Positions 52,192 to 64,000 of a stretch of DNA of 64,000 nucleotides are shown one piece after another. Within the stretch, counting starts at the first letter, position 1. Every line of letters begins with the position of its first letter. The notes under the pieces were generated by a model, which worked only from the letters and a program-made list of their open reading frames with translations, made no database searches and was not told the DNA's origin. Source of the DNA: Octopus vulgaris (Eukaryota); NCBI GenBank assembly GCA_951406725.2, contig OX597829.1, forward strand, positions 48,298,001-48,362,000. Reading direction: 5' to 3'. The position numbers and the translations under genes were made by a program.

Positions 52192-54020
52192 GTGAGTTTT
52201 AAATCCCATTAAATTTTACTTATATGTGAACTTATATATATATGTATGTAAATATACACGTATTTCCCTGTTGTTTGTTGAAAATGACAGTTTTACATCC
52301 CGTCTATAAACTTGTTTTGTATTTGAAATGTATCTACATAAATATATATGTATACCTGTACCTTCAATTGCTAATTCATTACAAAAAAAGTGGTTGCCAC
52401 TTGTTAGCATGTACAATTACAGTTAAGAATTAAATACAAGTAACATATCTGTCTAATGTATATATATATATATATATATATATATGTCTTGAACTTTCAT
52501 TGCATATATTGTTTTGTAATTGAATAAAACGTGTTAACAAGCGAACATTTATATGTACTTTCAAGAATGCACTCACAAACAGGAAAAAATATATTAATTT
52601 TTCCCTTCATATCGCTCATATTCTTTAACTATTATATTGTTTTCCATATTTCGGTTCTCGGTTTTACTTCTGAACCGCTGTTGATTTATAATGCATGTAT
52701 TTGTTTCTATATACAAGTAATTTACGCATAGTTTTCTTTTTTCTTAATCTTTAGAATGAAAAGAATGTGTTTATTTATTTGTTTTTAAGGAAAATCTCTT
52801 ACACTGTTTTACAGTAGAAACTGATTTTTCTCTTTCAATTCCACCCTGGGCCCGAACTAGATAAATAAATGAACACCAGCTATTGACTAAATTTAATTTA
52901 ATTAAACCGACTGTGATCATTATTCAGCAAAATATTTCCCTTTTACTTGAAACGAAAAAAGGAAAAAAAAACCCTATATTTTGTTAGTTTCATACATTTA
53001 AAAAAAAAACGAGCACCTGTCAAGTACCGCAGACCAATATTTCTCTTTAATTGCACATCCTACATGTAATTGGGAATTATATGGAGAAAAGAAGTGTTTG
53101 GAAACTTAACTAAACTTTTCTTATTGTAAAAGTTGCTTATAAATGAAATGAAATGGTGTGTGTGTGTGTGGGAACGTAGTTATTTACTTCCAACTATGTT
53201 CACGACTTGCCTTGTATAGTGTGACAATGATAGTAATGTTATCGTCGTTAAGTTTTTACTATTGATATTTTGTTATTCCTTTAGTTTAGGTTTATTTATT
53301 TATCTTTCTTTTACTGTCTGACGATTTGTAGTGACTTCATTTGTTGTTTTGTTGGAGCCGCTTTTGTATAATTTAGATAGACTGGTAATTTATAACTATT
53401 GTCGTTACTATGTGATATTTCTTTAGCTTAGAGTGTTAATGAACTTAGGTCAGGCTTTATCGAACGTATGCATACCTATCAAAAGCAATTTCAAACATGA
53501 CCGGCTAGACTTTTTTCTCATTTATTCCTTAGATATAGCATATATAGGACTACATTGTCTGTATTTTGTTTTTATTTTTAAAGACTGTGTAGTTTGTATT
53601 AGCTTTGGCTGCTGTGTCTAGCAAGTTGTGACCGTATTTTTAGTTATTTGTTTTCCGTTGACACCGACAGTCAATATCTATTTTTCTTAGCTCTATCGTT
53701 TTTTAACTTAAACATTCTTATGGACACAGGCGTGGCTTTATGCGTAACAAACTTGCTTGCCAACCATCTGGTCCCATGTTCAGTCCCACTTCTACGACAT
53801 TTTGGACAAGTGACTTCTTCTATATCTCGGACCGACCAAGCCTTGTGAGTGAATCTCGTTGACGGAAACTAGAAGAAGCCTCTGTGTGTGTGTGTGTGTG
53901 TGTGTGTCTTTATCCACATAATCGCTTGACAATCGGTGTATTGGTTTATCTATTCGTAACTTAGCGGTTCGGGAAAAGGAGGCTATACTTCGGTATTGAT
54001 CTCCAGAGTGTAGGTATGGG

Positions 54021-54104
54021 TACACGACATCATTCACCTTCTTTCTCAGCTGAGCCTCTATTTATGTCACGAAAGAAAGCTGTGTGGGTGAACGATGTCG
54101 TGTA
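54021..54104. mobile_element. Tiny MITE-like inverted repeat inside a SINE
   Basis: TACACGACATCATTCACC / GGTGAACGATGTCGTGTA (18 bp, one mismatch, TA ends). Confidence 0.6.
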
Positions 54105-54442
54105 GTAATAGTGAAGGAATGCCAGTGAATTAACAAAAGAAACAAGATTTTGAAAATAATTACTGAGGTTGATTTGTTCGGCTAAAATCCTTTTAAGGCT
54201 AAAATCCTTTTAAGGCTATGCTCCAGCATGGTCGCAGTCCAATGACAAACAAGTAAAAGACAAGACAAAAACTTCTATAATTTTTGCGAGTTGTACACAA
54301 TTTTATTTTCGTTAGGAACCCAAAACATCTTTATAAGTTTTGCAAATTGCTTCGAAAATTGGGTATGGATTGGCAAAATAATTTGAAATCTAAGATTGTA
54401 AGATTTTACTGTTTCTAAGAATTTGTTTCTCTATAATATATT

Positions 54443-55135
54443 TTAACCCTTTTATTACTGTATTTCTGTTGAGATGCTCTGTGTTTCTTTCAATTAATTT
54501 TAAATATAACAAAGAATTTAGTAAAATAACTTAGTTATCATTCAGCTAGTGTTAGAAACATAAATTGTGACTAAAGTTTAGAGGTATGGATTGGCAAAAT
54601 AATTTGAAATCTAAGATTGTAAGATTTTACCGTTTTAAGAATTGTTTCTCTATAATATATTTTAACCCTTTTGTTACCATATTTCTGTTGAGATGCTCTG
54701 TGTTTCTTTCAATTACTTTAAATATATAACGAACAATTTAGTAAAATAACTTAGTTATCATTAAGCTAGTGTTAGAAACATAAATTGTGACTAAAGTTTA
54801 GAGGAAGATTTTAATTCAGAACTTTTGAAAACAAAACATTTGTACTCAGAGCCAGAGGTGGTTTCAGCTGGGTTGGTAACGAAAGGGTTGAGAATTCTCT
54901 ATTATATATTTTAACCCTTTTGTTACCATATTTCTGTTGAGATGCTCTGTGTTTCTTTCAATTACTTTAAATATATAACGAACAATTTAGTAAAATAACT
55001 TAGTTATCATTAAGCTAGTATCAGGAATATAAATTGTGACAAAGGTTTGGTGGAAGGTTTTAATTTAAAACTTGTGAAAACATGACATTTGTACTCAGAA
55101 CCAGAGCCGGTTTCAGCCGGGTTGGTAACGAGGAA
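54443..55135. mobile_element. Tandem (about three copies) piggyBac-like MITE
   Basis: Units begin TTAA-CCCTTTT(A/G)TTAC near 54443, 54662 and 54911. The middle copy ends GGTAACGAAAGGG-TTGA near 54890. Confidence 0.7.
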
Positions 55136-55650
55136 CAATTTTAGCATCGCTGTGAATTAAGTGGTTTACACTATAGAATTTTTATCTCTCTTTCTAGGGT
55201 GGATGGTGAATCCACACTCTGGGTCTCAACCGGGGTCCATGTTAGATTTTGGTGAAGAGGGTGGGGGTCCATGTAGCAAAATAGTAAATTGGGGATTCAC
55301 AATATTTTAAGGGTCACTGAAAAAATTTTGCTTTAGATGTAATTTGTATTACGATACATAACAATAAGAACGGGCATTGATTGTATATTTCAAAGTGTAC
55401 TTGTTTATATATGCATATATATTTTGTTTCAGTCATTAGATTGCGGCCATACTGGAGCACCGCCTAGAATTTTTGTCAAATGACTCGACCCCAGTACTTA
55501 TTTAAGCCTGGTACTTATTCTATCAGTGTCTTGCCGAACTGCTAAGTTACGGGAGCGTAAACACAACACCGGTTGTCAAGCGGTAACGAGGATACACACG
55601 TGTGTATGTGTGCGTTCTACCACTGCTCGACAACCGGTTTGGGTTTGCTA

Positions 55651-55882
55651 AGGCGGCGAGCTGGCTGAATCGTTAGAACGCCGGGCGAAATGCTTTGCGG
55701 TATTTCGTCTGCCGTTACGTTGTGAGTTCAAATTCCGCCGAGGTCGACTTTGCCTTTCATCCTTTCGGGGTCGATAAATAAAGTACCAGTTACGCACTGG
55801 GGTCGATGCAATCGACTTAATACCTATGTCTGTCCTTGTTTGTCCCCTCTATGTTTAGCCCCTTGTGGGTAATAAAGAAATA
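55651..55882 (+). mobile_element. tRNA-derived SINE family B (central domain resembling the MetaSINE domain) with a 15-bp TSD
   Basis: AGGCGGCGAGCTGG..GAGTTCAAATTCC..GCCTTTCATCCTTTCGGGGTCGATAAA..CCCCTTGTGGGTAATAAAGAAA, with TSD GGTTTGGGTTTGCTA at 55636-55650 and 55883-55897. Other copies: about 8354-8570, 25794-26016, 34278-34490, 41436-41667, 56200-56422, 61698-61898(-). Confidence 0.92.
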
Positions 55883-56575
55883 GGTTTGGGTTTGCTACGT
55901 GGTCCGGCAAAAGAACCGACAGAATAAGTGATGGACTTAAAAAAGAAAACTAATTAAGTGCTGAGGTCGATTCATTTGACTAAAACGCTTGAAGGCCGGT
56001 GCTCTAGCGTGGCCGTAGTCTGACTGAAACAAATAAAAGAATTGTATATACGGATAAACAAATTAGATATATTAAATATCCGTATAATTGCCTCAGTCAT
56101 TCTTTGCCCGCCGAATTGATCCCTCGTAAAGACATCGGAACCGAAGTTTGAATCATTTGAGGGCTTCTATACTGTGAATTTCTGAATCTCATCTGCGGAC
56201 TGTGGCAGAAACGTTAGCACGCCGGGCGAAATGCGTAGCCGTATTTCGTCTGCCGTTACGTTCTGGGTTCAAATTCCGCCGAGGTCGACTTTGCCTTTCA
56301 TCCTTTCGAGGTCGATAAATTAAGTACCAGTTACGCACTGGGGTCGATGTAATCGATTTAATCCGTTTGTCTGTCCTTGTTTGTTCTCTCTATGTTTAGC
56401 CCCTTGTGGGTAGTAAAGAAATATATATATATATATATTTAATAATTTTGGACTAAAGGGTAGAGTACAGTGTCACAGTTTGGGGTTGGTTACCTGGTCT
56501 CATCCGCAGTCAGTATATTTCCGTTGGATTCTACTTCAGGAATTCCGCCGTGTTAGTTGAGATAATAATAATTTC

Positions 56576-56756
56576 TTAAGTAACCAGAAAATGGATTTGG
56601 TATTAACCTGTTTGTACAACGGTCGCTTCGACCCACCCTGCTACTGTCCCTTATGGGTGGGGAGACCTCTTTCAATCTGTGTTGCATCCATTTTGTAACA
56701 CACGACCGTTGTACAAAATAAAGATTAAATGCCTAATCCATCTTCTGGTTACTTAA
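56576..56756. repeat. Inverted repeat or MITE-like hairpin
   Basis: TTAAGTAACCAGAAAATGGATT..TTTGTACAACGGTCG / CGACCGTTGTACAAA..AATCCATCTTCTGGTTACTTAA. Confidence 0.8.
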
Positions 56757-56967
56757 ATTATAAAGACGCAATCAGATTTAAATCTCGACATCGTTCCTTG
56801 AAACTCCTAGAAACAGCAGCAGCCGACTCAAATTATAAGAGTGTAAGATATACATTTTGGAATAATTTTATCGCTGTGTAAAATAGAAATAAGGTAGTTT
56901 ACAGTACGATATGCGAGATTCAAATCCGTCGGCGTCTTCGGTACTTTTTTTTATTTTTAAATGTATA

Positions 56968-57369
56968 CTAGCAGTATCGCCCGGCGTTGCTCGGGTTTGT
57001 AAGGGAAATAACTATATAAGCATTTTTAGAGAGTTATAGCCAAAAATTAGCAAAAAAACGCATTAAAAATGGGAAAAAAATGATGGTAAATTTTTTTAAA
57101 AATCGTTGACTCATCGTAGACATTTTTAGAGAGTTACTTCCCTTATATAATAGCGAAAAAAATGCATTAAAATGGAAAAAAATGATGGTAAATTATTTTT
57201 AAAATCGTAAACTCATCGTAGACGCGCGCTAATACCCAGAAGGGCTCGATATGAATCACGACTATAAGATACCCGGTTTTGGTTAAACTGCACCGCAAAA
57301 TGTGGGAGTAGTTAGGAATCTAAATCGTAGGAGACAGACAGCACACAACCTCTCTTTTATATATAAAGA
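56968..57369 (-). mobile_element. Non-autonomous Helitron (second copy)
   Basis: 5' TC, 3' hairpin CCCGAGCAACGCCGGG plus CTAG, A/T target site and an internal duplication of about 100-110 bp. Confidence 0.88.
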
Positions 57370-57674
57370 TGTATATATTTTCCTTTCTTGCTTCGACTGA
57401 CGTATCTGCTGTATCTCCTATTAGTCGGATTTCAATTGTTCTAATTCCTTAGAAAAACAATTTCTTTTTTATTTATTGCTGTGTTAATGTGAAAACCGCA
57501 TTAGAAAGACCGCTCCTTGAACATTGTTCTTGTTTTCTTTTGGTTCAATGTTAAGATCGTTGACTTGAGAGGTGGTGGGGAAAAGAAAAGGACGTCATAG
57601 CTGCACTCCTCGTTTTTCTTTTTACGTTGTCTTAGGGTCGATTCTTCATTGTCTCTTGAGGTCAATAAGTAGTA

Positions 57675-57975
57675 ATAATCGTTTCTTTATTAGCCACAAG
57701 GGCCGGACACAAAACAAAATAGGGACAATACAATACAAAACGAGACACTTGAGGTTAACCACGAATCGAGTAAACACTAAAATAACAATGACAACAATAC
57801 AGTCAAGCAATAAAAAAAAATTCCCCCAACCGAGGAATTCCACGCATCCTTGTTACCCCGACTACCAGGTGCACCTCGGCAGGCGCCCCCTCTCTTCAAC
57901 TCCTCCGGTTTATAAGCGAATGTTTAGAGTAGACGATAGGTGAACCGCGATGTGGCGAAGGATTACTGTGCACTT
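57675..57975 (-). mobile_element. Probable LINE 3' UTR fragment with a tail resembling SINE family B
   Basis: The minus strand ends TTGTCCCT..TGTGTCCGGCCCTTGTGGCTAATAAAGAAA, compared with the SINE B tail TTGTCCCCTCT.TGTTTAGCCCCTTGTGGGTAATAAAGAAA. Confidence 0.5.
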
Positions 57976-57984
57976 GCTTCTTTG

Positions 57985-58274
57985 ACTCTCTTTTACTTGT
58001 TTCAGTCATTTGACTGTGGCCATGCTGGAGCACCGCCTTTAGTCGAGCAAATCGACCCCAGGACTTATTCTTTGTAAGCCTAGTACTTATTCTATCGGTC
58101 TCTTTTTGCCGAACCGCTAAGTTACGGGTACGTAAATACACCAGCATCGGTTGTCAAGCGATGTGGGGGGAGGGGTCAAACATAGACATATATATATATT
58201 TACGACGGGCTTCTTTCAGTTTCCGTCTACTAAATCCACTCACAAGGATTTGGTCGGCCCGATGCTATAGTAGA

Positions 58275-58338
<64 letters not shown>

Positions 58339-58500
58339 ATACGACGGGCTTCTTTCAGTTTCCGTCTACCAAATCCACTCGCAAGGCTTTGGTCGGCCCG
58401 ATGCTATAGTAGAAGACACTTGCCCAAAAATGCCACGCAGTGGGACTGAACCCGGAACAATGTGGTTGGTAGTAAGCAAGCTACTTTACTACACAGCCCT
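57985..58500 (-). mobile_element. SINE family A copy with an internal duplication
   Basis: The segment TACGACGGGCTTCTTTCAG..GATGCTATAGTAGAA appears twice (about 58201-58275 and 58340-58414). Confidence 0.88.
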
Positions 58501-59796
58501 CATTTTTCTTTGTAAGTTGAAACTTGAAAATGTCGAAGACATTGACCTAGGAGGACACAATGTACCAATGACATTAGTGTCAAACTTCTCTACACTTAAA
58601 TTAATTGGCCTTGTATTTTCAATATGCATTGTTTAATTACGTAGTCCATACACTTCACCCACTGTCTTGTCTGTTTTTTTTAAGTAGGGGAATTGGAAGC
58701 GTCAACAGATCATTGTGATCAGCGGAAATCCTGAGTATAGTCCAAAGATTCCTCCTAGCCCAGTGAGGTATCGAACCTTCTGATACCCACAAATCTTTAC
58801 TCAAAAAACGTAATGAGTTCACTCTTTCTTAGAGCTAACATATATAGTATAAATCTTAATTGTTCTTAAACACACGTACAGTATGTGTGTGTATGTAACG
58901 GCAGATTAATATATATATATATATATATAATTTATATATATATATATATATATTTACCAACCACATGGTTCCGGGTTCAGTCTCACTGCGTGGCACCTTG
59001 GACAAGTGTCTTCTACTATAGCCTCGGGCCGACCAAAGCCTTGTGGGTGGATTTGGTAGACGGAAACTGAAAGAAGCCCGTCGTATATATGTATATATAT
59101 ATATATGTGTGTATGTGTGTGTGTTTGTGTGTCTGTGTTTGTCCCCCTAGCATTGCTTGACAACCGATGCTGCTGTGTTTACGTACCCGTAACTTAGCGG
59201 TTCGGCAAAAGAAACCGATAGAATAAGTACTGGGCTTACAAAAGAATAAGTCCCGGGGTCGAGTTGCTCGATCAAAGGCGGTGCTCCAGCATGGTCGCAG
59301 TCAAATGACTGAAACAAGTAAAAGAGTATATATATATATATATATATATATAATCTATATATATGTATACACGCGCGCGAGCGCGTGTGTTCGTGCAAGT
59401 GTTAAATTAAGCAGAAAAACCGCGAGAGTTCCAGATAGACAGGTGCTTGTTAAGAGACACAGCGTGGCAAGTCGTCTGCGTCAGTCATTTGTTTATTTTA
59501 AATTAATAGAATGTTTGTTCTCTCTTACTCCCCCCCCGCCCACCTCTCCATTGTGCGGATCATTTAATTATACTGCCGTATTTCGCCTAGTTCTGGAGAA
59601 CAGGTATGAACTTTTAAAGAAAGGTTAACTTGGATGGATAGATAGATTGTCGTTGTTCCCGAGTAAAAGATGTTTAATCGCTCGCTTCGGCATTCTGAGC
59701 CCGTACAATGTAAAAGGGCTTAAGGAGAAGATGCCAGAGGACAACGTTTTTGCTCACAAAATACATATATAGGGTAAGGTCACAAACATGTAATAT

Positions 59797-60776
<980 letters not shown>

Positions 60777-60778
60777 TT

Positions 60779-60818
<40 letters not shown>

Positions 60819-60962
60819 TAAAAGCAGCAGATATATCACAAAAACTGTTACTCAGTTTCACAGTTTTTGTGATATTTCTGCTTTTAAATATAGCATATTA
60901 CTCTACCTCTGGTATTTGAGTACTCTTTTTTCCACCTTGTTTCACATTTATGTGCTTACTCC

Positions 60963-61018
<56 letters not shown>

Positions 61019-62837
61019 CACACCTTGGGCAAGTATCTTCTATAGCTTCGGCCCGACCAAAGCCTTGTGAGTGGATAATCGTGTTTTATTCACTGGACTG
61101 CAAGCATGCTGTGTCACCATTTTGAGGGGTTTAATTAATCAAATCCTTTGGAGTTGGACGGAGATTAACAATATAGCAAAAAAAAAAAAAAAAAAAAACT
61201 CCAAATTTGATCCACACACCCCTTGCCACCCAGCAAAAAAAGGGTGCGCTTGCACAACAATCTCGACAGCTCACTGAAAATGAACGGCTGAAACAAGTGA
61301 AACAGTATGTTTTACATACCTGTTATATACGCCGGTCTTTTTTTTTTTTTTTTTCGCTTTAAAGGTAAATTATTTTCATAGAAGCAAACACTATATTGTT
61401 AATCTCGTTTTTTTTTCCACGTAGATTTCGAAAATTAAAAAAAAAATTTTTAATGGTCGGTGGGTGGGTGGGGAAGGAATTTTTTTTTTGCATATTCGGA
61501 ATTTCCGTCATCGAAATCTTAGGAATCCACTGAGAAAAAAAATTCCGAAAGCTCGGTGTTTTGGGGTGGGGGGTGGGGGTGACTGTCGTCCAGGTTCACC
61601 CACTCTTTTAAAGTTTAACTCTTCTGTTGATCACTTTTTGTCGGATCGCTAGCTTAAGGGGACGTAAACAAACACTCATACATGCATAAATATATATCTT
61701 ATTTCTTTATTGCCCACAAGGGGCTAAACACAGAGGGGACAAACAAGGACAGACAAAAGAATTAAGTCGATTACATCGACCCCAGTGCGTAACTGGTACT
61801 TAATTTATCGATCTCGAAAGGATGAAAGGCAAAGTCGACCTCGGCGGAATTTGAACTCACAACGTAACGGCAGACGAAATAAGCATTTCGCCGCCTTATA
61901 TAATATATATCTATCACACACATAGACTGTACTTGAAATTAGTAATCGAAGGTAACCCCTATTGTTCATTCACGTGGTAGCTGGACCCGCTAGATATAAC
62001 AACCAATAAAAATCGCGTTGGATAAATCTGTCTCAAATACACAAAGTGTAACGTGTGTGTATATGAAATAGTCACTGTTGGATTGGAATATCGGTCATCA
62101 TATGTATGGCTTTATCGTGGCTTACATAAATTGACAACGACGAACTATGAAGTTAATTCGAATGACCACATTGGCAGCACTCACTAGCATAGCTAGCGTG
62201 CGTCACGAGGGGCGGCCCCTTCCATTTGCCGCTCCCGTCTGCAGCAGACCCCAAAAGTGTCGTCCCTGTAACAATGCCGCCCGAGGCAGACCGCCCCGTT
62301 CCAGCTACGCTCCTGGCAGTACTTCGCTGACTTGAGAGAAAAGAAAAAAAAAAAAGTACACGTGACACCTTTGTAGGTCATCAATGTTACTAGCTGTCTG
62401 GCTAGTTTGTTGGTGTTTAGTTTGAATGTCTGCCGGGTAAAATATCTAAGGAAACTGTAAGGAGACGACAATACTACAGGGAGTTTAGCTATTTTTGGCG
62501 AAGTATTTCATTTCTGAAATGAAGAGCGGAAATTTCAATTTTTTGTTTGTTTGTTTGCTTGCGGGGTTTTGTACATCATCCTTTAAAAAAAATATTTATG
62601 CGTATTCATTCCACTTAAGCTATATCCATTAGCTCATTTTATGTAGTTTAAATACCAAAATCAGTTCTTGTATGACACTGTAGGAATGTGGAAAGCAAGA
62701 GACTGTTTTGTTGGTTGAATCTAAATCCAGAGGGAATAGTTAAGAATCCAGGTCGTTTCCTTTTGTTTCAGAACAACCTGTTTTGTTCACTGTTGGAAAG
62801 GACCACTCATTGTCTCATCATGTGAAAGTGGTGAGAC

Positions 62838-63585
62838 ACAAGATCTAACAACGATAATAATAATAATATACAATACATAACAACGATAATAATAATAATA
62901 ATATACAATACCTAACAACGATAATAATAATAATATACAAGACCTAACAACGATAATAATAATAATATACAAGACCTAACAACGATAATGATGATAATAC
63001 ACAAGACCTAACAACGATAATGATAATACACAAGACCTAACAACGATAATGATGATAATACACAAGACCTAACAACGGTAATAATAATAATACACAAGAC
63101 CTAACAACGATAATAATAATACACAAGACCTAACAACGATAATGATGATAATACACAAGACCTAACAACGATAATGATGATAATACACAAGACCTAACAA
63201 CGATAATGATGATAATACACAAGACCTAACAACGATAATGATGATAATACACAAGACCTAACAACGATAATGATGATAATACACAAGACCTAACAACGAT
63301 AATAATAATAATAATAATGCACAAGACCTAACAACGATAATAATATACAAGACCTAACAACGATAATAATATACAAGACCTAACAACGATAATAATATAC
63401 AAGACCTAACAACGATAATAATGATAATACACAAGACCTAACAACGATAATAATAATACACAAGACCTAACAACGATAATAATATACAAGACCTAACAAC
63501 GATAATGATAATACACAAGACCTAACAACGATAATAATAATAATACACAAGACCTAACAACGATAATAATAATAATAATAATAAT
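62838..63585 (+). repeat. Minisatellite with a constant core CAAGACCTAACAACG and a variable (ATA/ATG)n stretch
   Basis: About 20 or more units of roughly 29-45 bp that grade into (AAT)n. Confidence 0.95.
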
Positions 63586-64000
63586 CATTTATACTAATAG
63601 GTAAAAGGCTTGAAATTTGGGGGAAGACGGGACTAGGCAATTACATCGACTTCAGTACTTGACTGGTACTTATTTTATTAAGCTCGATAGGATTAAAGGC
63701 AAAATCGACCCGGCGAATTTAAATCCCAAAAGTAAAGACGGGTGAAAGCCGCTAACAATAATAATAATAATACCAATTCTTTTTACCATAGGCACAAAGA
63801 GCGAAATTGTGCGGGTGGGAGCTAGTCAATTACATCGACTGCGAAAGGATGAAAGGCAAAGTCAATTACGGCAAGATTCAAAATTTTGGCACAAGGCCAG
63901 CAATTTAAAGAGAGAGCGTGCGAAAGTCGGTTACAGCGATCTCAGTTTCTAAATGGGACTTATATTATCCATCCCAAACATATGAAAGGTAGTCGACCTC

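Noticed and set aside
62147-62340. GC-rich island as a coding exon or promoter
   Set aside because: It is bounded by degenerate inverted ends (CACTAGCATAGCT / AGCTACGCTCCTG), so it is more likely a small MITE, and no splice signals or recognisable peptide were found.
62838-63585. CRISPR-like repeat and spacer appearance
   Set aside because: The variable parts are only (ATA/ATG)n length variants, not unique spacers.

Overview
AT-rich, repeat-saturated eukaryotic DNA. The SINE, RTE and microsatellite repertoire looks like an octopus (cephalopod) genome; this is inferred from recognising repeat families, not from a search. Nearly all ORF-track entries are microsatellite or transposon artefacts. 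The only confident host coding sequence is a 102-nt first coding exon of a SWAP70/DEF6-family gene (52090-52191, +). A possible divergent spliced transcript starts about 190 bp away on the minus strand. The rest comprises at least four tRNA-derived SINE families, many RTE-LINE 3' ends, two decayed R4/Dong-type LINEs, three Tc1/mariner fossils, pogo-, hAT- and piggyBac-like MITEs, two Helitrons, a DINE-1-like Helentron derivative, long palindromes and a 36 x 93-bp tandem array built from a SINE 3' tail. The most interesting signal is a short tRNA-headed retroelement (13165-13420, relatives at about 3545-3745 and 12841-13030). It carries a Penelope-type minimal hammerhead ribozyme whose intact ancestral core can be rebuilt from two copies. 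A second, more decayed hammerhead-like motif sits in a roughly 283-bp tandem unit split by a mariner (18716-20445).
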